DNA of 62,948 nucleotides, the filler included, from a candidate division TA06 bacterium SM23_40 (GTDB taxonomy: Bacteria > LJUI01 > SM1-40), in the NCBI GenBank assembly GCA_001303705.1. It is 4 parts of 4 records of this genome, joined end to end, with 100 filler letters (N's around TTAATTAATTAA, not from the genome) between each part and the next. Parts side by side here need not be neighbours in the genome. Positions count along the whole stretch, not along the records: positions 17,105 to 34,040 come from LJUI01000048.1; positions 34,141 to 41,791 come from LJUI01000178.1; 2 more parts are not named here. One strand, written 5' to 3'. Positions 27,362 to 37,998 of this stretch are shown here, one piece after another (position 1 is the stretch's first letter; each line of letters starts with the position of its first letter). The notes beneath the pieces are model-generated. The model had not been told where the DNA came from and ran no database searches. It saw only the letters and a list, made by a program, of their open reading frames with translations. A program made the position numbers and the translations under genes.

Positions 27362-28099
27362 GTGCGTGCAGCGCGAGATAGATTCTTCCGGCGGTACTGG
27401 CAGACCCCTGCCTGGTTCAGGGGTGAGGTCTATGACTATGAGGGATTCGCGTGCGAAGCCTCTGAGTACGCATATGAGCTGCTCGCTCCGCTCGGGGGCG
27501 CAAGGGTGCTCGAGCTGGGCACAGGTCAGGGGTACGACGCCATCGCCCTTGCGGAACGCGGTGCCCGGGTAGTGGCCGCCGACCTGGCAGAAGCGCCGCT
27601 CCGTTCCCTGAGGGAGAAGAATGTCTCAGGAGCATCGATCCGGCCCGTCTGCATGCTCGCCGAGGAACTCGCCTGCAGGAGCGCCTGCTTCGACCGTATC
27701 TTCGGGAGGACTGTGCTGCTCCACGTTCTCCGTCCGAGCGTGTGGCACGAGGTAGAGCGAGTTCTCAAGAGCGGGCAGCGCGCGGTCTTCATCGAACCTC
27801 TGCGCGTCAGTCCGCTCGTCGTGCTCTATCGTATCGCGCGTGGAAAGGGCAGATCTGCCCGGCCCCGTTATCTCAGCCTGGGGGAGATCATTCGGCTCAA
27901 CACCCGATTCCGTACAGTGGAGCACCGGGAGTTCTATCTGATATCGGTCCTCGCCCTCGGGTTGCGTCCGGTCCTCTCACGCATAGGGCTCTATTGGCGA
28001 GCGGTGGGGATTCTCAAGCGATTGGACGAGGTGGTATTCGATCTGCTGCCGTGGGCGAGACATCTCGCGTGGATCGCTGTCTTCGCAGTGGAGAGGTGA
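27362..28099 (+). CDS. Class I SAM-dependent methyltransferase
   Basis: Reads on the PLUS strand (GTG CGT GCA GCG CGA GAT at 27362), although the ORF track labels it minus. Motif I VLELGTGQG, FDRIFG, VERVLKSG. Confidence 0.85.
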   Translation: MRAARDRFFRRYWQTPAWFRGEVYDYEGFACEASEYAYELLAPLGGARVLELGTGQGYDAIALAERGARVVAADLAEAPLRSLREKNVSGASIRPVCMLAEELACRSACFDRIFGRTVLLHVLRPSVWHEVERVLKSGQRAVFIEPLRVSPLVVLYRIARGKGRSARPRYLSLGEIIRLNTRFRTVEHREFYLISVLALGLRPVLSRIGLYWRAVGILKRLDEVVFDLLPWARHLAWIAVFAVER

Positions 28100-28105
28100 G
28101 GTATC

Positions 28106-29029
28106 CTGTCCGAAGGCTTAGCGCTGAGAGTCGACGTCGACACGCGTCGCGGACTGGAACGCGGCGTACCGCGATTGCTCGATCTGTTCGCCTCCAGGGA
28201 GATCGCTGCGACCTTTTTCATCCCTTTCGGCCCGGACCGGTCAGGCCGGGCGGTCCGCCGCCTGTTCGAGCAGCCAGGGTTCCTGAGGAGGATGTGGCGG
28301 CTCGGCGCCCCCGGCCGCTACGGTCTCCGGACGATCCTCTCCGGCACCCTCATCCCATCTGTCCCCATCGGCAGCGCGAGACCGGATATCTTGCGTTCTG
28401 TTGCGGCAGAAGGGCACGAGGTCGGTTTGCATGGATACGATCACGTGCGGTGGCAGGATCGGCTCGGCGATCTCACCCCATATGAGGTCGCACTCGAATT
28501 GGAGATGGCGAGCAGAGCCTATCAGGGCATCTTTGGCCAGTTGCCTCGGGCGAGTGCCGCGCCCGGTTGGCGCACCAATGAGCGTGCGCTTCTCGCACAG
28601 GAGACGCTCGGCCTTCACTACGCGAGCGATGTCCGTGGCCGCAGGCCCTTCTGGCCTGTCGTTCTGGGGAGGAGGCTCGAGACACTCCAGATCCCGGTGA
28701 CGATGCCGACGCTCGACGAGATCTTTGCCTGGGAGGGGCCGGAGCGGAGAGGACCGGAGCGGGCACTCCTCGGAGCACTCGTTCCCGGCAGTGCTAACGT
28801 GCTCGCGGTGCACGCAGAGATAGCAGGGGGTAGCGCGCTTCCCATCCTGAGAGAATTCATCAGCATGGCTCGCGACCGGGGGTACTCGATCTCGAGACTC
28901 GAGGACCTGGCCCGGGACGTGCTCGGCTCGGGCGAGCAACTACCCTCGTGTGGTATCGGCCTGGGGAGGGTGCCCGGCAGGGCGGGTATGGTCGCTGTCC
29001 AGGCCGAGGTCACCGAGCCTGCATCATAG
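28106..29029 (+). CDS. ArnD-like polysaccharide deacetylase/deformylase (probable CTG start)
   Basis: LALRVDVDTRRGLERGVPRLL (ArnD-type N-terminus, upstream of the listed TTG), ATFF..GPD, HEVGLHGYDH..WQD, AAPGW, YASD.RG, QIPVTMPTLDE, HAE. Confidence 0.8.
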   Translation: MSEGLALRVDVDTRRGLERGVPRLLDLFASREIAATFFIPFGPDRSGRAVRRLFEQPGFLRRMWRLGAPGRYGLRTILSGTLIPSVPIGSARPDILRSVAAEGHEVGLHGYDHVRWQDRLGDLTPYEVALELEMASRAYQGIFGQLPRASAAPGWRTNERALLAQETLGLHYASDVRGRRPFWPVVLGRRLETLQIPVTMPTLDEIFAWEGPERRGPERALLGALVPGSANVLAVHAEIAGGSALPILREFISMARDRGYSISRLEDLARDVLGSGEQLPSCGIGLGRVPGRAGMVAVQAEVTEPAS

Positions 29030-29043
29030 CGGGAACGGATCTC

Positions 29044-30447
29044 GTGCGAATCCTTCTAGTCAATCCCTCTCAGCGGACGGTCTATGGGCCCGGCATACTC
29101 CCGCCCTATCCGCCACTCGGCCTGCTGTACCTCGGGGCGGCGCTGGAGCAGGCCGGCCATCGTGTGGCCTTCTTCGACCACGACATAGAGCGCTCGCGGG
29201 GGATCGACATGACCGCGGTCCTTAGGGAGTCCAAACCGGATCTTGTCGGCATCACGACTACCACTCCTACGCTTGGCGCCGCCCTGCGAGCTGGCCGGCT
29301 CGCCAAGGAGGCCGTCGGTTGCACCGTTGTTGTCGGCGGGCCCCATGCAAGTCTGGTCCCGACCGAGGTGCTGCGCTCCGAGGTGTTCGACATCGCGGTC
29401 GTCGGCGAGGGCGAGAGGACGATGACCGAGCTGGCGGCACATATTGCGGAGGGCGGCGAGTCGCTCGATCAGGTCGACGGAATCTACTACCGGGACGCGG
29501 GCGCGGTCGTGGCGACTGACAGGCGCGCGCCTGAACCGGATGTGGACAGCATCCCGTTTCCCGCCCGTCACCTCCTGTGCCACCCCCATGCCTACTCGCC
29601 CCCCGATGCGATTGCCCGCCCGTTCGTAACTATCATAGCTTCGCGTGGATGTGCTAACCGGTGCACGTTCTGTTCCACCCCCGCCCTGTTCGGGCCTGAC
29701 GTGAGGAGGCGCTCGGTCTCAAATGTGATGGCCGAAATAGAAGACTGTGTGAGGCGGTATGGCATCAGGGAGGTACATCTGGCAGACGATTGTTTCACCA
29801 GCGATCGGGGATGGACCCTGGAGTTCTGTGGGGAGCTGGCAGAACGTGACCTTGGCATCAATCTCTTTTTCATGAACGGACTGCGCGCCGATCAGGTGGA
29901 TCGAGAGATGCTCGCGGCCCTCAAGCGCGTCGGACTCATCAATGTGGGGTTCGGGGTCGAGTCCGGGAACCAGTCTGTCCTCAATCGCGCGAGGAAGGGG
30001 TTGAGGCTCTCGCGCGTGGTGGAGAGCTTCGCCATGGCGAAAGACCTGGGGCTTACCACCTGGGCGTTCTTCATGATCGGTCTGCCGGGAGAGGACGAGA
30101 GCACTGTGAGGGACACGGTGCGGGTCGCGAAGATGCTTGATCCCGATTTCGCGAAATTCTTCATATTCAAGCCATATCCCGGGAGTGAGGCGTACGAGGA
30201 GCTGAGCGCGCAGGGGCTCATCTTCGATCGTTGTCCGGATCACTATGGGTTGTACGGCCCTCCCGTACACCGGTTGCCGGAGTTGGGCGAGTCGCGCATC
30301 GCTCGCTGGTACCGCCGCGCGAATATCGAATTCTACCTGCGGCCTCGGACGATCCTGCGCCACCTGCTCCGCGTGAGATCGTTCTCTCAGCTTCGCCTCA
30401 ATCTGAGGGCGCTGCGGTTCCTCGCTCAGTCCGTCGCCAGGATGTGA
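29044..30447 (+). CDS. Cobalamin-binding radical SAM protein
   Basis: YPPLGLLYL, VGGPHAS, GEGE, SRGCANRCTFC (CxxxCxxC), FGVESG. Confidence 0.9.
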   Translation: MRILLVNPSQRTVYGPGILPPYPPLGLLYLGAALEQAGHRVAFFDHDIERSRGIDMTAVLRESKPDLVGITTTTPTLGAALRAGRLAKEAVGCTVVVGGPHASLVPTEVLRSEVFDIAVVGEGERTMTELAAHIAEGGESLDQVDGIYYRDAGAVVATDRRAPEPDVDSIPFPARHLLCHPHAYSPPDAIARPFVTIIASRGCANRCTFCSTPALFGPDVRRRSVSNVMAEIEDCVRRYGIREVHLADDCFTSDRGWTLEFCGELAERDLGINLFFMNGLRADQVDREMLAALKRVGLINVGFGVESGNQSVLNRARKGLRLSRVVESFAMAKDLGLTTWAFFMIGLPGEDESTVRDTVRVAKMLDPDFAKFFIFKPYPGSEAYEELSAQGLIFDRCPDHYGLYGPPVHRLPELGESRIARWYRRANIEFYLRPRTILRHLLRVRSFSQLRLNLRALRFLAQSVARM

Positions 30448-30524
30448 TGGGGGGGAAGTTCCCGCTACCGAATGCCGGGGCGGTGGCAAACCGACGGCAT
30501 CCATCGAACAAGAGCTGACCGGCG

Positions 30525-32858
30525 ATGAATGGACGACAAGACGTTACCTCACGAACTGCAGCTGTGGGTTTTCTCTCCTCGGTCCTGCTGTCGCTGATTC
30601 TCTACCTCGCGACACTCTGTCCGACGGTCTACTGGGAGGACAGTGGGGAGCTGATAAGCGCCGCGTATAACCTGGGCATCGCGCATCCGCCCGGACATCC
30701 GCTTTACGTGGTCTCCACCCGGTTCACACTCCTGCTAACACCGTTCGATCCCGCGATCGGCTCCAACGCGGCCTCCGCAGTCGCCGGTTCGCTGGCTGTC
30801 GGCGCGATCTTTCTGGCGATCTGGACACTCTGCCCCGATGAAAGGACCGCAGTTCGCTTCCTCGCCTCCCTCACGGGGGCGCTCTCACTCGCAGTTGCCA
30901 GGACGTTCTGGAGCCAGGCCGTCATCGCAGAAGTGTACAGTCTGGCATGCCTGGTCTGCGCCCTCCTGCTTCTTCTCGTCCTGCGCTGGGCGATGCATCG
31001 AGAGACAAATGCGCTGATGCTCGCGGCATTTCTGTTCGGTCTGGGAATGGCGAATCATGTCTTTCTCGGTGCACTTCTTCCCGGGTTGGCCCTCATGGCC
31101 TGGGCCGGGCCGGGCGGTGCAGGCAGGGGGCGAGGAACGCTGGCCATAACAATGGCCCTCCTCGTCCTCCTCGGACTATCCCTGTACCTGTACCTTCCTC
31201 TCCGTTCCCGGTGCGATCCTTCGCTCGATTGGGGAGATCCAGAGCGGCTGGACCGGCTGCTCGATCATGTAACGGCGCGGGAATTCGCGTCCGAGTTCTT
31301 CTCTCTACGTCTCACCGTGGCCGGGGGTCCGCTCGCAGGGATGGTGGCGTTTGTGCAGGACCTCCCCCGGCAGTTCGGCATGCTATGCGTCTCGGCGGCG
31401 GCAGTTGGCCTGGTGAAGCTCCTCCGGCGGCGGCTCATCGCTGCCGGGCTCGTAGTGGCAGCCGCAGGGACGATACTCTTCGCGGGATTCGCTGGTGGGG
31501 GGCCGGACTACGCTGCCTATCTGCTCCCGGCCCATCTCGTCGCAGCACTTCTCGTGGGATGCGGCGTCTCGGCTGTCGCGAGATGGATGACCGCGATGAG
31601 GGTCCCGGCATTCATCGTTCCCGTCCTCCTCCCACTTCTCATAGTGCCGGAGGTGATCCCCAACTGGGACGAGAGCACACGGCATGGGGTAGTCGGCGCC
31701 CGGGAGTACGTGCATGACATGGCTGAGATTCTGCCGCAGCGGGCTCTGTTCATCACCGAGAACAGCGTAGACTACTTCGTGCTGCTCTATCTCCAGCTTG
31801 TGCGGGGGGAGAGGTTAGACGTCGATCCTGTGTACTCGCCGCTCCTGGCGACCGAGTGGTACCGGGAGAGGCTGAGGGACAGGGGGCTCAGGCTCGGGAA
31901 CGATCGGGACGAGCCCGGCCTGCCACAGGCCCAGATTGCTGGCAGGGGATCGGTCGCAGAATCGCTGGCGGCGCTCAACATCGATGACCGTCCGGTATAC
32001 TACTCTCCGGGTCCGCGGTTCATGATCGACCCTGGGCGGCTTGTGCCTTGTGGCCTGGTCTATCGTTCTCTGCGCGACGAACGGGATGTCACGCAGGAGG
32101 AGCTCGTACAACACCGTCTCCTGTTGAAGGGCTATGGCGCGCCGCGTGGGCGGATTGACCGAAAGACACGCACCCACTATGCCCTGCTCCATGCTCACCT
32201 TGGCTCCTATTGGTTTGAGCGGCAGCTGTTCGAGGAGGCGCGTCACGCTTACGAACAGGCCGAGTTGTACGATCCCCGCAATCCTGCCATACATTACGAC
32301 CTCGGCGTGATCTTCGAGAGACTGGGATCCCGGGACGATGCGGTGGCGGCATATCGGCGCGCAGTGGAGCTCGGGCCAGAGGAGGCAGATTCACGGCTTC
32401 GCCTGGCCGATCTTCTGCTGAGGGAGGGTCTGTATGAGGAGGGCCTGCAACAGCTTCATCAGGCAGCGAATCGGCATCCTCGATCGTCTGCCGTCGAGGT
32501 CGCGATGGCGCGGGCCTATCTCATCACGGGGGACATCGCTCGGGGCAGGGAAGCAGCAGCACGCGCGATAGCACTCGATCCGGCCTCGTCTGAGGCGCAC
32601 GCCGTCAACGGCCTGTCGATGCGGCAAGGCCGGGATCTGAGAGAGGCAGTCCAGGCGTTTCTGGTGGCACTTGAGCTCGAGCCCGGGAACGAGGAGGCCC
32701 GGCTCAATCTTGCCCTGACCTACCGCGAGTTGGGTATGCGGCCAGAGGCGATGCATCATCTCGCGATCCTGGCCGAGGAGCATCCGGAGGAGGAGCTGTA
32801 TCAGGAATTTCTCACCGAGCACGATCCCTCCCCGGGCGGGGGCAGGGAGGAGCGATGA
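30525..32858 (+). CDS. DUF2723 (TMEM260-like GT-C glycosyltransferase) with C-terminal TPRs
   Basis: PTVYWEDSGELISAAYNLGIAHPPGHPLY, FWSQAVIAEVY, DWGDP, about 11 TMs, TPR tail. Confidence 0.85.
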   Translation: MNGRQDVTSRTAAVGFLSSVLLSLILYLATLCPTVYWEDSGELISAAYNLGIAHPPGHPLYVVSTRFTLLLTPFDPAIGSNAASAVAGSLAVGAIFLAIWTLCPDERTAVRFLASLTGALSLAVARTFWSQAVIAEVYSLACLVCALLLLLVLRWAMHRETNALMLAAFLFGLGMANHVFLGALLPGLALMAWAGPGGAGRGRGTLAITMALLVLLGLSLYLYLPLRSRCDPSLDWGDPERLDRLLDHVTAREFASEFFSLRLTVAGGPLAGMVAFVQDLPRQFGMLCVSAAAVGLVKLLRRRLIAAGLVVAAAGTILFAGFAGGGPDYAAYLLPAHLVAALLVGCGVSAVARWMTAMRVPAFIVPVLLPLLIVPEVIPNWDESTRHGVVGAREYVHDMAEILPQRALFITENSVDYFVLLYLQLVRGERLDVDPVYSPLLATEWYRERLRDRGLRLGNDRDEPGLPQAQIAGRGSVAESLAALNIDDRPVYYSPGPRFMIDPGRLVPCGLVYRSLRDERDVTQEELVQHRLLLKGYGAPRGRIDRKTRTHYALLHAHLGSYWFERQLFEEARHAYEQAELYDPRNPAIHYDLGVIFERLGSRDDAVAAYRRAVELGPEEADSRLRLADLLLREGLYEEGLQQLHQAANRHPRSSAVEVAMARAYLITGDIARGREAAARAIALDPASSEAHAVNGLSMRQGRDLREAVQAFLVALELEPGNEEARLNLALTYRELGMRPEAMHHLAILAEEHPEEELYQEFLTEHDPSPGGGREER

Positions 32859-32896
32859 GGCGATGAGAGCGCTGCGTGAGGGGGGGAAAAGAAAGA

Positions 32897-32925
32897 TTGA
32901 CAACACTGCAAGGGCGTACCATAAT
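32897..32925 (+). promoter_or_regulatory. Sigma70-type promoter
   Basis: TTGACA-N17-CATAAT with an A-rich UP-like tract. Confidence 0.75.
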
Positions 32926-33102
32926 CCCCACTGAAGCGATATAGACCGGGGATCCGCGATTCCGCTCGATCACCCGGAAGGTTCTTCTGCTCCAGGATGG
33001 TGCGGCCCGACGGAGTCTGATGAATGGTTTGCGTCCGGGCTCGCTCTCGCAGGGGCAGGTGCCGGGGTGGGTGCGGAATCGTGAACATGGGAGATCGCGA
33101 AC

Positions 33103-34040
33103 ATGTGGAGCGCCGTGGCGAACCGGCTTCTGCTCAACTCCCTCAAGATCGTGTATCGGCGGCCTGTCATCCCCTTGACAGGCCTTTTGAGGAATCCGAA
33201 TGGCATCATCGTACGCTCGCCTTCGGGTCCAGGGCAGTACCTGTTCTCGATGCCGGCGCTGTGGGCATTGGTGAAGCTCCACCCCTCGACGCCCCTCGTC
33301 CTTATTCTCTCAGGCGAGGGTCAGGATCTTCCCTGTCCTTTGCCGGCCCACTGCGAGGTCGTCCGCATCGATTTCAGCCGGCTCCGGGCGAGCGGCAGGC
33401 TGCATCGCAGGTCGCGCCGCGTGCTCGGGCAGTATGGCGCGGATCTCTTCGTCGACTTCGAGGGGGCGGGAGAACCCGCGATGATGGCGGCGTGGGCGGC
33501 GAATACTCCGGTGCGCGCGACATTCCGGTGTCCGGGACTCACTCCCTTCTTCAACTGTGAGGTCGTCGTCGATCTTCCCCGTTGTCGGGACGATATCGAC
33601 CGCTATCTGCGTCTCGTCGCGGCGCTCGGAGCCGAGGCCGAGGATCGATCCCTGGACCTCGATCTCGGAGCCGATGAGCTGGCCAGGGCCAGGGACTTCT
33701 TGCGCCTGGTCGGCCTGAGGAAGGACGAGGTACTCGTGGGCCTGGACATCGGTCCGCCGGCCGACGGCTCAGACCTAGATATGGAGCTCCTGATGAAGTT
33801 GATCGTTGCCCTCGAGCGCAGGGTGTCGAATGTACGGTTCCTGGTCACTCACTCTACCGGGCGCCCGCTACTCCCCAAGATGCGACACCTCCTGGCGAGG
33901 GAACCGCTCGTCGTCGTCGAGCCGGGATTGCGCCACCAATCGGCCCTCGTCGCCCAGTGCGCGCTTCTGATCGCACGACAGACCGATCTTTTCTCCGTCG
34001 CCTGTGCGCTCGGGGTGCCGGCCCTTCTCCTGCGGGGCAG
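33103..34040 (+). CDS. GT9 (heptosyltransferase-like) family protein, divergent, 3'-truncated
   Basis: Two Rossmann-like halves. LRHQSALVAQCALLIARQTDLFSVACALGVPALLL resembles the GT9 C-terminal motif. Runs into the linker. Confidence 0.55.
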
Positions 34041-34140
34041 NNNNNNNNNNNNNNNNNNNNNNNNNNNNNNNNNNNNNNNNNNNNTTAATTAATTAANNNN
34101 NNNNNNNNNNNNNNNNNNNNNNNNNNNNNNNNNNNNNNNN
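34041..34140. other. Artificial contig linker
   Basis: N44-TTAATTAATTAA-N44. Confidence 0.98.
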
Positions 34141-34212
34141 AACCGCCGGCCACGCGCTCGCACACAGCGAAAGGACTGCGGCTGCGCACACTAGTGTTGC
34201 CACGGTCTTCAT
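34141..34212 (-). CDS. N-terminal signal peptide of a secreted protein, truncated by contig end
   Basis: MKTVATLVCAAAVLSLCASAWPAV after RBS AAGGAGAGG. Confidence 0.65.
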
Positions 34213-34354
34213 GATCCTCTCCTTCTTGGTTGAACGCCCTCTGTTCCGGATTGCACTCGAGGTCAGGACACCTCTCAGTGCAGGCTCTCTGAACCGCGGC
34301 GAGTCAACTCCTACCGAGCAACAATCGCCGGGTCCGTCATCATCCAAGTCAATA

Positions 34355-34370
34355 AGCAAGAGACATGCCA
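34355..34370 (-). promoter_or_regulatory. Sigma54 (-24/-12) promoter
   Basis: Minus strand TGGCAT-GTCTC-TTGCT, about 140 bp upstream of the secreted-protein start. Confidence 0.72.
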
Positions 34371-34736
34371 GCACAGACGACACGGCCACCCGAGATTGGG
34401 TGGCCGTCAGTAGTGCTATACGCTCCAATCAATTCCAGCGTCCGTCGATCCGGAAGCGCCGGACAGTCTGCTCAACTAAGGTGCGGTTTCCAAACCACAC
34501 CTCTCATTACTCCGCAGCGATATTTCTCCCTCGGATCTAATGTTATGTCCAGGCCCGGAACCACCCGGGTGCTGTGCAGATGCCGCAGGAACTGCGCCGG
34601 ATGTTGCGGGCGCTCTGGTGTGCGGCTCCCTCCAGGTCGATAACGTCCTGTGCGGATAGTTAGGGCACCTCATACCCCCCCACCGCCCAGCCCGGGCCTG
34701 ATCCGAACCATACTCTATGCGTTGCACCCTCCTTCA

Positions 34737-35186
34737 TCAGGAACCGACGTCACTTCGCAGTCGGGTGACTAGAGAGAGGTGTGCACCAAAGAGCGTCGTC
34801 AGGAGCTGCAGGAAGGGTGATAATATGACCATCAATACGAGCCATCCAATGAAGCTTAACTTGGGATCATAGAGGATGAGCGGAATCCCGAAGTTCACAT
34901 AGTCCGCATTGGGATTGAAGAGCCATACGATGCATCTTCCCCAGCTCACGGCCGCCAGAACGAAGGTGACGCCGGAGGTGACTGCCGCATATCGGAAGAC
35001 CTTCCTCAGGACTTCTTCTATCGGCTCACCCGCAGTGACGAAATATCTGGCGATGTACCAACCCACCAAGAAACCGAAGACTATGCAGAAGATCGGCACA
35101 CCCATCCCTATCCCGAATAAGATCACGTCGATTATGATGAAGATGAGAAAAGCCCATCGAGGGTTACGTGCGAAACCTCCGTTCAT
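34737..35186 (-). CDS. Small membrane protein, unknown function
   Basis: 149 aa with 3-4 hydrophobic helices. RBS GGGAGGG. Confidence 0.65.
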   Translation of the reverse strand: MNGGFARNPRWAFLIFIIIDVILFGIGMGVPIFCIVFGFLVGWYIARYFVTAGEPIEEVLRKVFRYAAVTSGVTFVLAAVSWGRCIVWLFNPNADYVNFGIPLILYDPKLSFIGWLVLMVILSPFLQLLTTLFGAHLSLVTRLRSDVGS

Positions 35187-35353
35187 GACGTGCCGCCCTC
35201 CCCGGTCCCGCAGAATCCCAGTCTACATTCCCCTGTCGCTCGTCCGCCCTGTGCCGTCAAGTCATCACAAGCGCTCCCGCTGGCCCGGCTCTGGCGCACG
35301 AGGAGACGCAGGCCCGACCTGCTCTCTTCTCTATCCTCCGGCGACGATCCCCT

Positions 35354-35722
35354 TCAGTCCTCCAGCTGTACCACGGCCAGGAGCACGTCAGCATCGCCCA
35401 CGACGCGGCTCCGGTGCCCTTTGCCCGTAGTATCCTCAAGGAGAGTGACGCTTCCCGGACCGAACCGCCGCACCTCGCCGTCACTCACCTCGCCCTCGGT
35501 TTCACCAGAGAGGTAGAAGAAGATCTGCCGGCAAGGTGTCGGATGCCAGTCTCCATACCAGCCCGGGGACGCACTGACAAAGCCGAACCGGGACGCAGGA
35601 GTCAACGGCGAAAGATTCAAGGGCGGTGCAGGCGGCGCGAAGTCTGTCGGGGTGAGCTCCAGTTCCACATCCTCGAAATGCGACTCGCCATCTGCGTCGG
35701 CATACACCCGCGTATACTTCAT
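35354..35722 (-). CDS. Cupin-fold protein
   Basis: MKYTRVYADADGESHFED...WHPTPCRQ...EVSDGEVRRFGPGSVTLLEDTTGKGHRS. Confidence 0.8.
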   Translation of the reverse strand: MKYTRVYADADGESHFEDVELELTPTDFAPPAPPLNLSPLTPASRFGFVSASPGWYGDWHPTPCRQIFFYLSGETEGEVSDGEVRRFGPGSVTLLEDTTGKGHRSRVVGDADVLLAVVQLED

Positions 35723-35829
35723 CTCGTTATCTGTCCTCCCCCCGGTGGCGGCGCCCCGCTTCGATGCGGATCTCGAGGCGATATGAACTCTATCGCACAC
35801 AACGATCCCTCAGGCCGTCGAAGAGCGAT

Positions 35830-37524
35830 CTAATCCTTCTGCTCCTCGCGTTTCTGGATCTTTGCCCACGGATCGCGCAGGCCGACCGTGCGGTTGAAGA
35901 CGAGTTTTTGAGGTGTCATATCCGGGTCAACGCAGAAGTAGCCCTGACGCTCGAACTGGATCCGATCGAACGGCTGCAGATCCGCGGCCGCGAGCTCCAC
36001 CTTACATGACGTGACTGTCTCCAGCGAATCCGGATTGATGAACTCCTTGAAATCCGCGTCCTTCTGCCCTGCCGGATCCTCCACCGTGAAGAGCTTGTCA
36101 TAGAGCCGGATCTCGGCGTCGAGGGCATGCTCGGCCGAGACCCAGTGGAGGGTCGACTTGACCTTACGCCCGTCGGGCGCGTCGCCGCCCCGCGTGTCCG
36201 GGTCATAGGTGCAGTGCAATTCTACCACGTTTCCGTTCTTGTCCTTGACGACATGCGTACAGGCAACGAAATAGGCGTATCTCAACCGCACCTCACGCCC
36301 CGGGGCCAGGCGGTAGAACTTCTTCGGCGGCTCCTCCATGAAGTCCTCGCGCTCGATGTACAGCACCTTGGAGAACGGCACCTGCCGCGTGCCGGCGCCC
36401 GGATCCTCCGGGTTATTGACGGCCTCGAGCTGCTCCACCTCGCCCTCGGGGTAGTTGTCGATCACCACTTTGAGCGGACGCAACACGCCCATGAGCCGCG
36501 GCGAGGTCCTGTTGAGATCCTCCCTCACGCAATGTTCCAGCAGCTCGAGGGCGACAGTACTGTCTGCTTTGGCCACCCCGATGCGCCCGCAGAAGTTCCG
36601 GATCGATTCGGGGGAGTACCCGCGCCTGCGCAACCCGCTAATGGTGGGCATCCGCGGGTCATCCCACCCGTTGACGTGACCTCCCTCCACCAGCTCGAGA
36701 AGCTTTCGCTTGCTCATCACCGTATAGCTGAGGTTGAGGCGGGCGAACTCAATCTGCTTGGGATGGTACACCCCCAGCTCATCGAGGAACCAGTCGTACA
36801 GGGGTCGATGGTCCTCGAACTCCAGCGTACAGATCGAATGGGTGATACCCTCTATGGAATCTTCCAGGCCGTGCGCCCAGTCATACATGGGGTAGATGCA
36901 CCACCCGTCGCCGGTGCGGTGATGCGTCGCCTTCAGAATACGATACATGACGGGATCCCGCATATTCATGTTGGGGTGTGCCATATCGATTCTGGCGCGG
37001 AGCACCTTCTGCCCGTCCCCGAACTGGCCGGCGCGCATCCGCTCGAGGAGGCGGAGGTTCTCCTCAACGGATCGGTCGCGGTACGGGCTGTCCTTGCCGG
37101 GCTTCGTCAGCGTGCCGCGATACTCGCTGATCTGCTCCGCGTTCAGGTCGTCCACATACGCCTTCCCCGCCTTCACCAGCTGCACGGCATATTCGTACAT
37201 CTGTTCGAAATAGTCGGAAGCGAAGAAGAGTCTATCCTCCCAATCGAACCCGAGCCACCGGACGTCCTCGATGATCGACTGGACATACTCTTCCTCTTCC
37301 TTGCTCGGATTCGTGTCATCGAATCTTAAATTGCAGAGCCCACGGTAGTCCTGAGCGATACCGAAATTGAGACAGATCGATTTCGCGTGTCCGATGTGCA
37401 GATAGCCGTTCGGTTCGGGAGGAAACCGCGTGTGCACCCGGCCCTCGAACGCACGCTCCTTGAGATCTTGGTCGATGATCTCCCGTATGAAATCGCGGAC
37501 GGGCGCCACATCTGAAGAATCCAT
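35830..37524 (-). CDS. glnS: Glutamine--tRNA ligase
   Basis: [17 protein letters not shown] (HIGH), [23 protein letters not shown]. Confidence 0.96.
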   Translation of the reverse strand: MDSSDVAPVRDFIREIIDQDLKERAFEGRVHTRFPPEPNGYLHIGHAKSICLNFGIAQDYRGLCNLRFDDTNPSKEEEEYVQSIIEDVRWLGFDWEDRLFFASDYFEQMYEYAVQLVKAGKAYVDDLNAEQISEYRGTLTKPGKDSPYRDRSVEENLRLLERMRAGQFGDGQKVLRARIDMAHPNMNMRDPVMYRILKATHHRTGDGWCIYPMYDWAHGLEDSIEGITHSICTLEFEDHRPLYDWFLDELGVYHPKQIEFARLNLSYTVMSKRKLLELVEGGHVNGWDDPRMPTISGLRRRGYSPESIRNFCGRIGVAKADSTVALELLEHCVREDLNRTSPRLMGVLRPLKVVIDNYPEGEVEQLEAVNNPEDPGAGTRQVPFSKVLYIEREDFMEEPPKKFYRLAPGREVRLRYAYFVACTHVVKDKNGNVVELHCTYDPDTRGGDAPDGRKVKSTLHWVSAEHALDAEIRLYDKLFTVEDPAGQKDADFKEFINPDSLETVTSCKVELAAADLQPFDRIQFERQGYFCVDPDMTPQKLVFNRTVGLRDPWAKIQKREEQKD

Positions 37525-37919
37525 CAGATCTCTCCTGTCATCGTGCGATCGTATGCCTTCTGGTCCTGCCGCCAGGCGGGAGTCGCAGGACGCCGAACGA
37601 GATGAGGACCGCTCGCTTTTCCGCCACACATATAAAACCGGCCCGCCATGAGCGAGTCCCACCGACAGCAACGAGGAGTACATTTGCCCACACGAGTCAG
37701 AAAGCAGAACCTCCCGGAGCTATAGTCAACTCCCACTCCGTTAGAGAGGAAGATAGTCCAAAACCGGGCAATCCGTCAAGGGCGTATCGTAACTCCACCT
37801 GCTTGGAACACGAGCTGCACGGGACTTCGTCGTCCCCACGTATCTCTGCCGGTCCCTCCAATTGACGAAGACCCTCCGACCCTGCAGTGAGTTCGCTCGA
37901 GAGCGAATGTCCCATCACT

Positions 37920-37951
37920 AAGCCCGAATCTCCGGCCGGCGATTCGGGCTT
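37920..37951. terminator. Hairpin downstream of the Kelch ORF
   Basis: AAGCCCGAATC-N10-GATTCGGGCTT. Confidence 0.5.
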
Positions 37952-37998
37952 GAACGAACTCGTCGGTGAGATCCAGAACCTACAGGTCTTTCCAGAGC

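Noticed and set aside
27362-28099. Minus-strand label in the ORF track
   Set aside because: The listed protein is encoded on the plus strand, co-oriented with its operon.
37525-37780. T-box leader for glnS (also considered for proS)
   Set aside because: No T-box consensus (GGTGGNACCGCG) or terminator/antiterminator pair was found.
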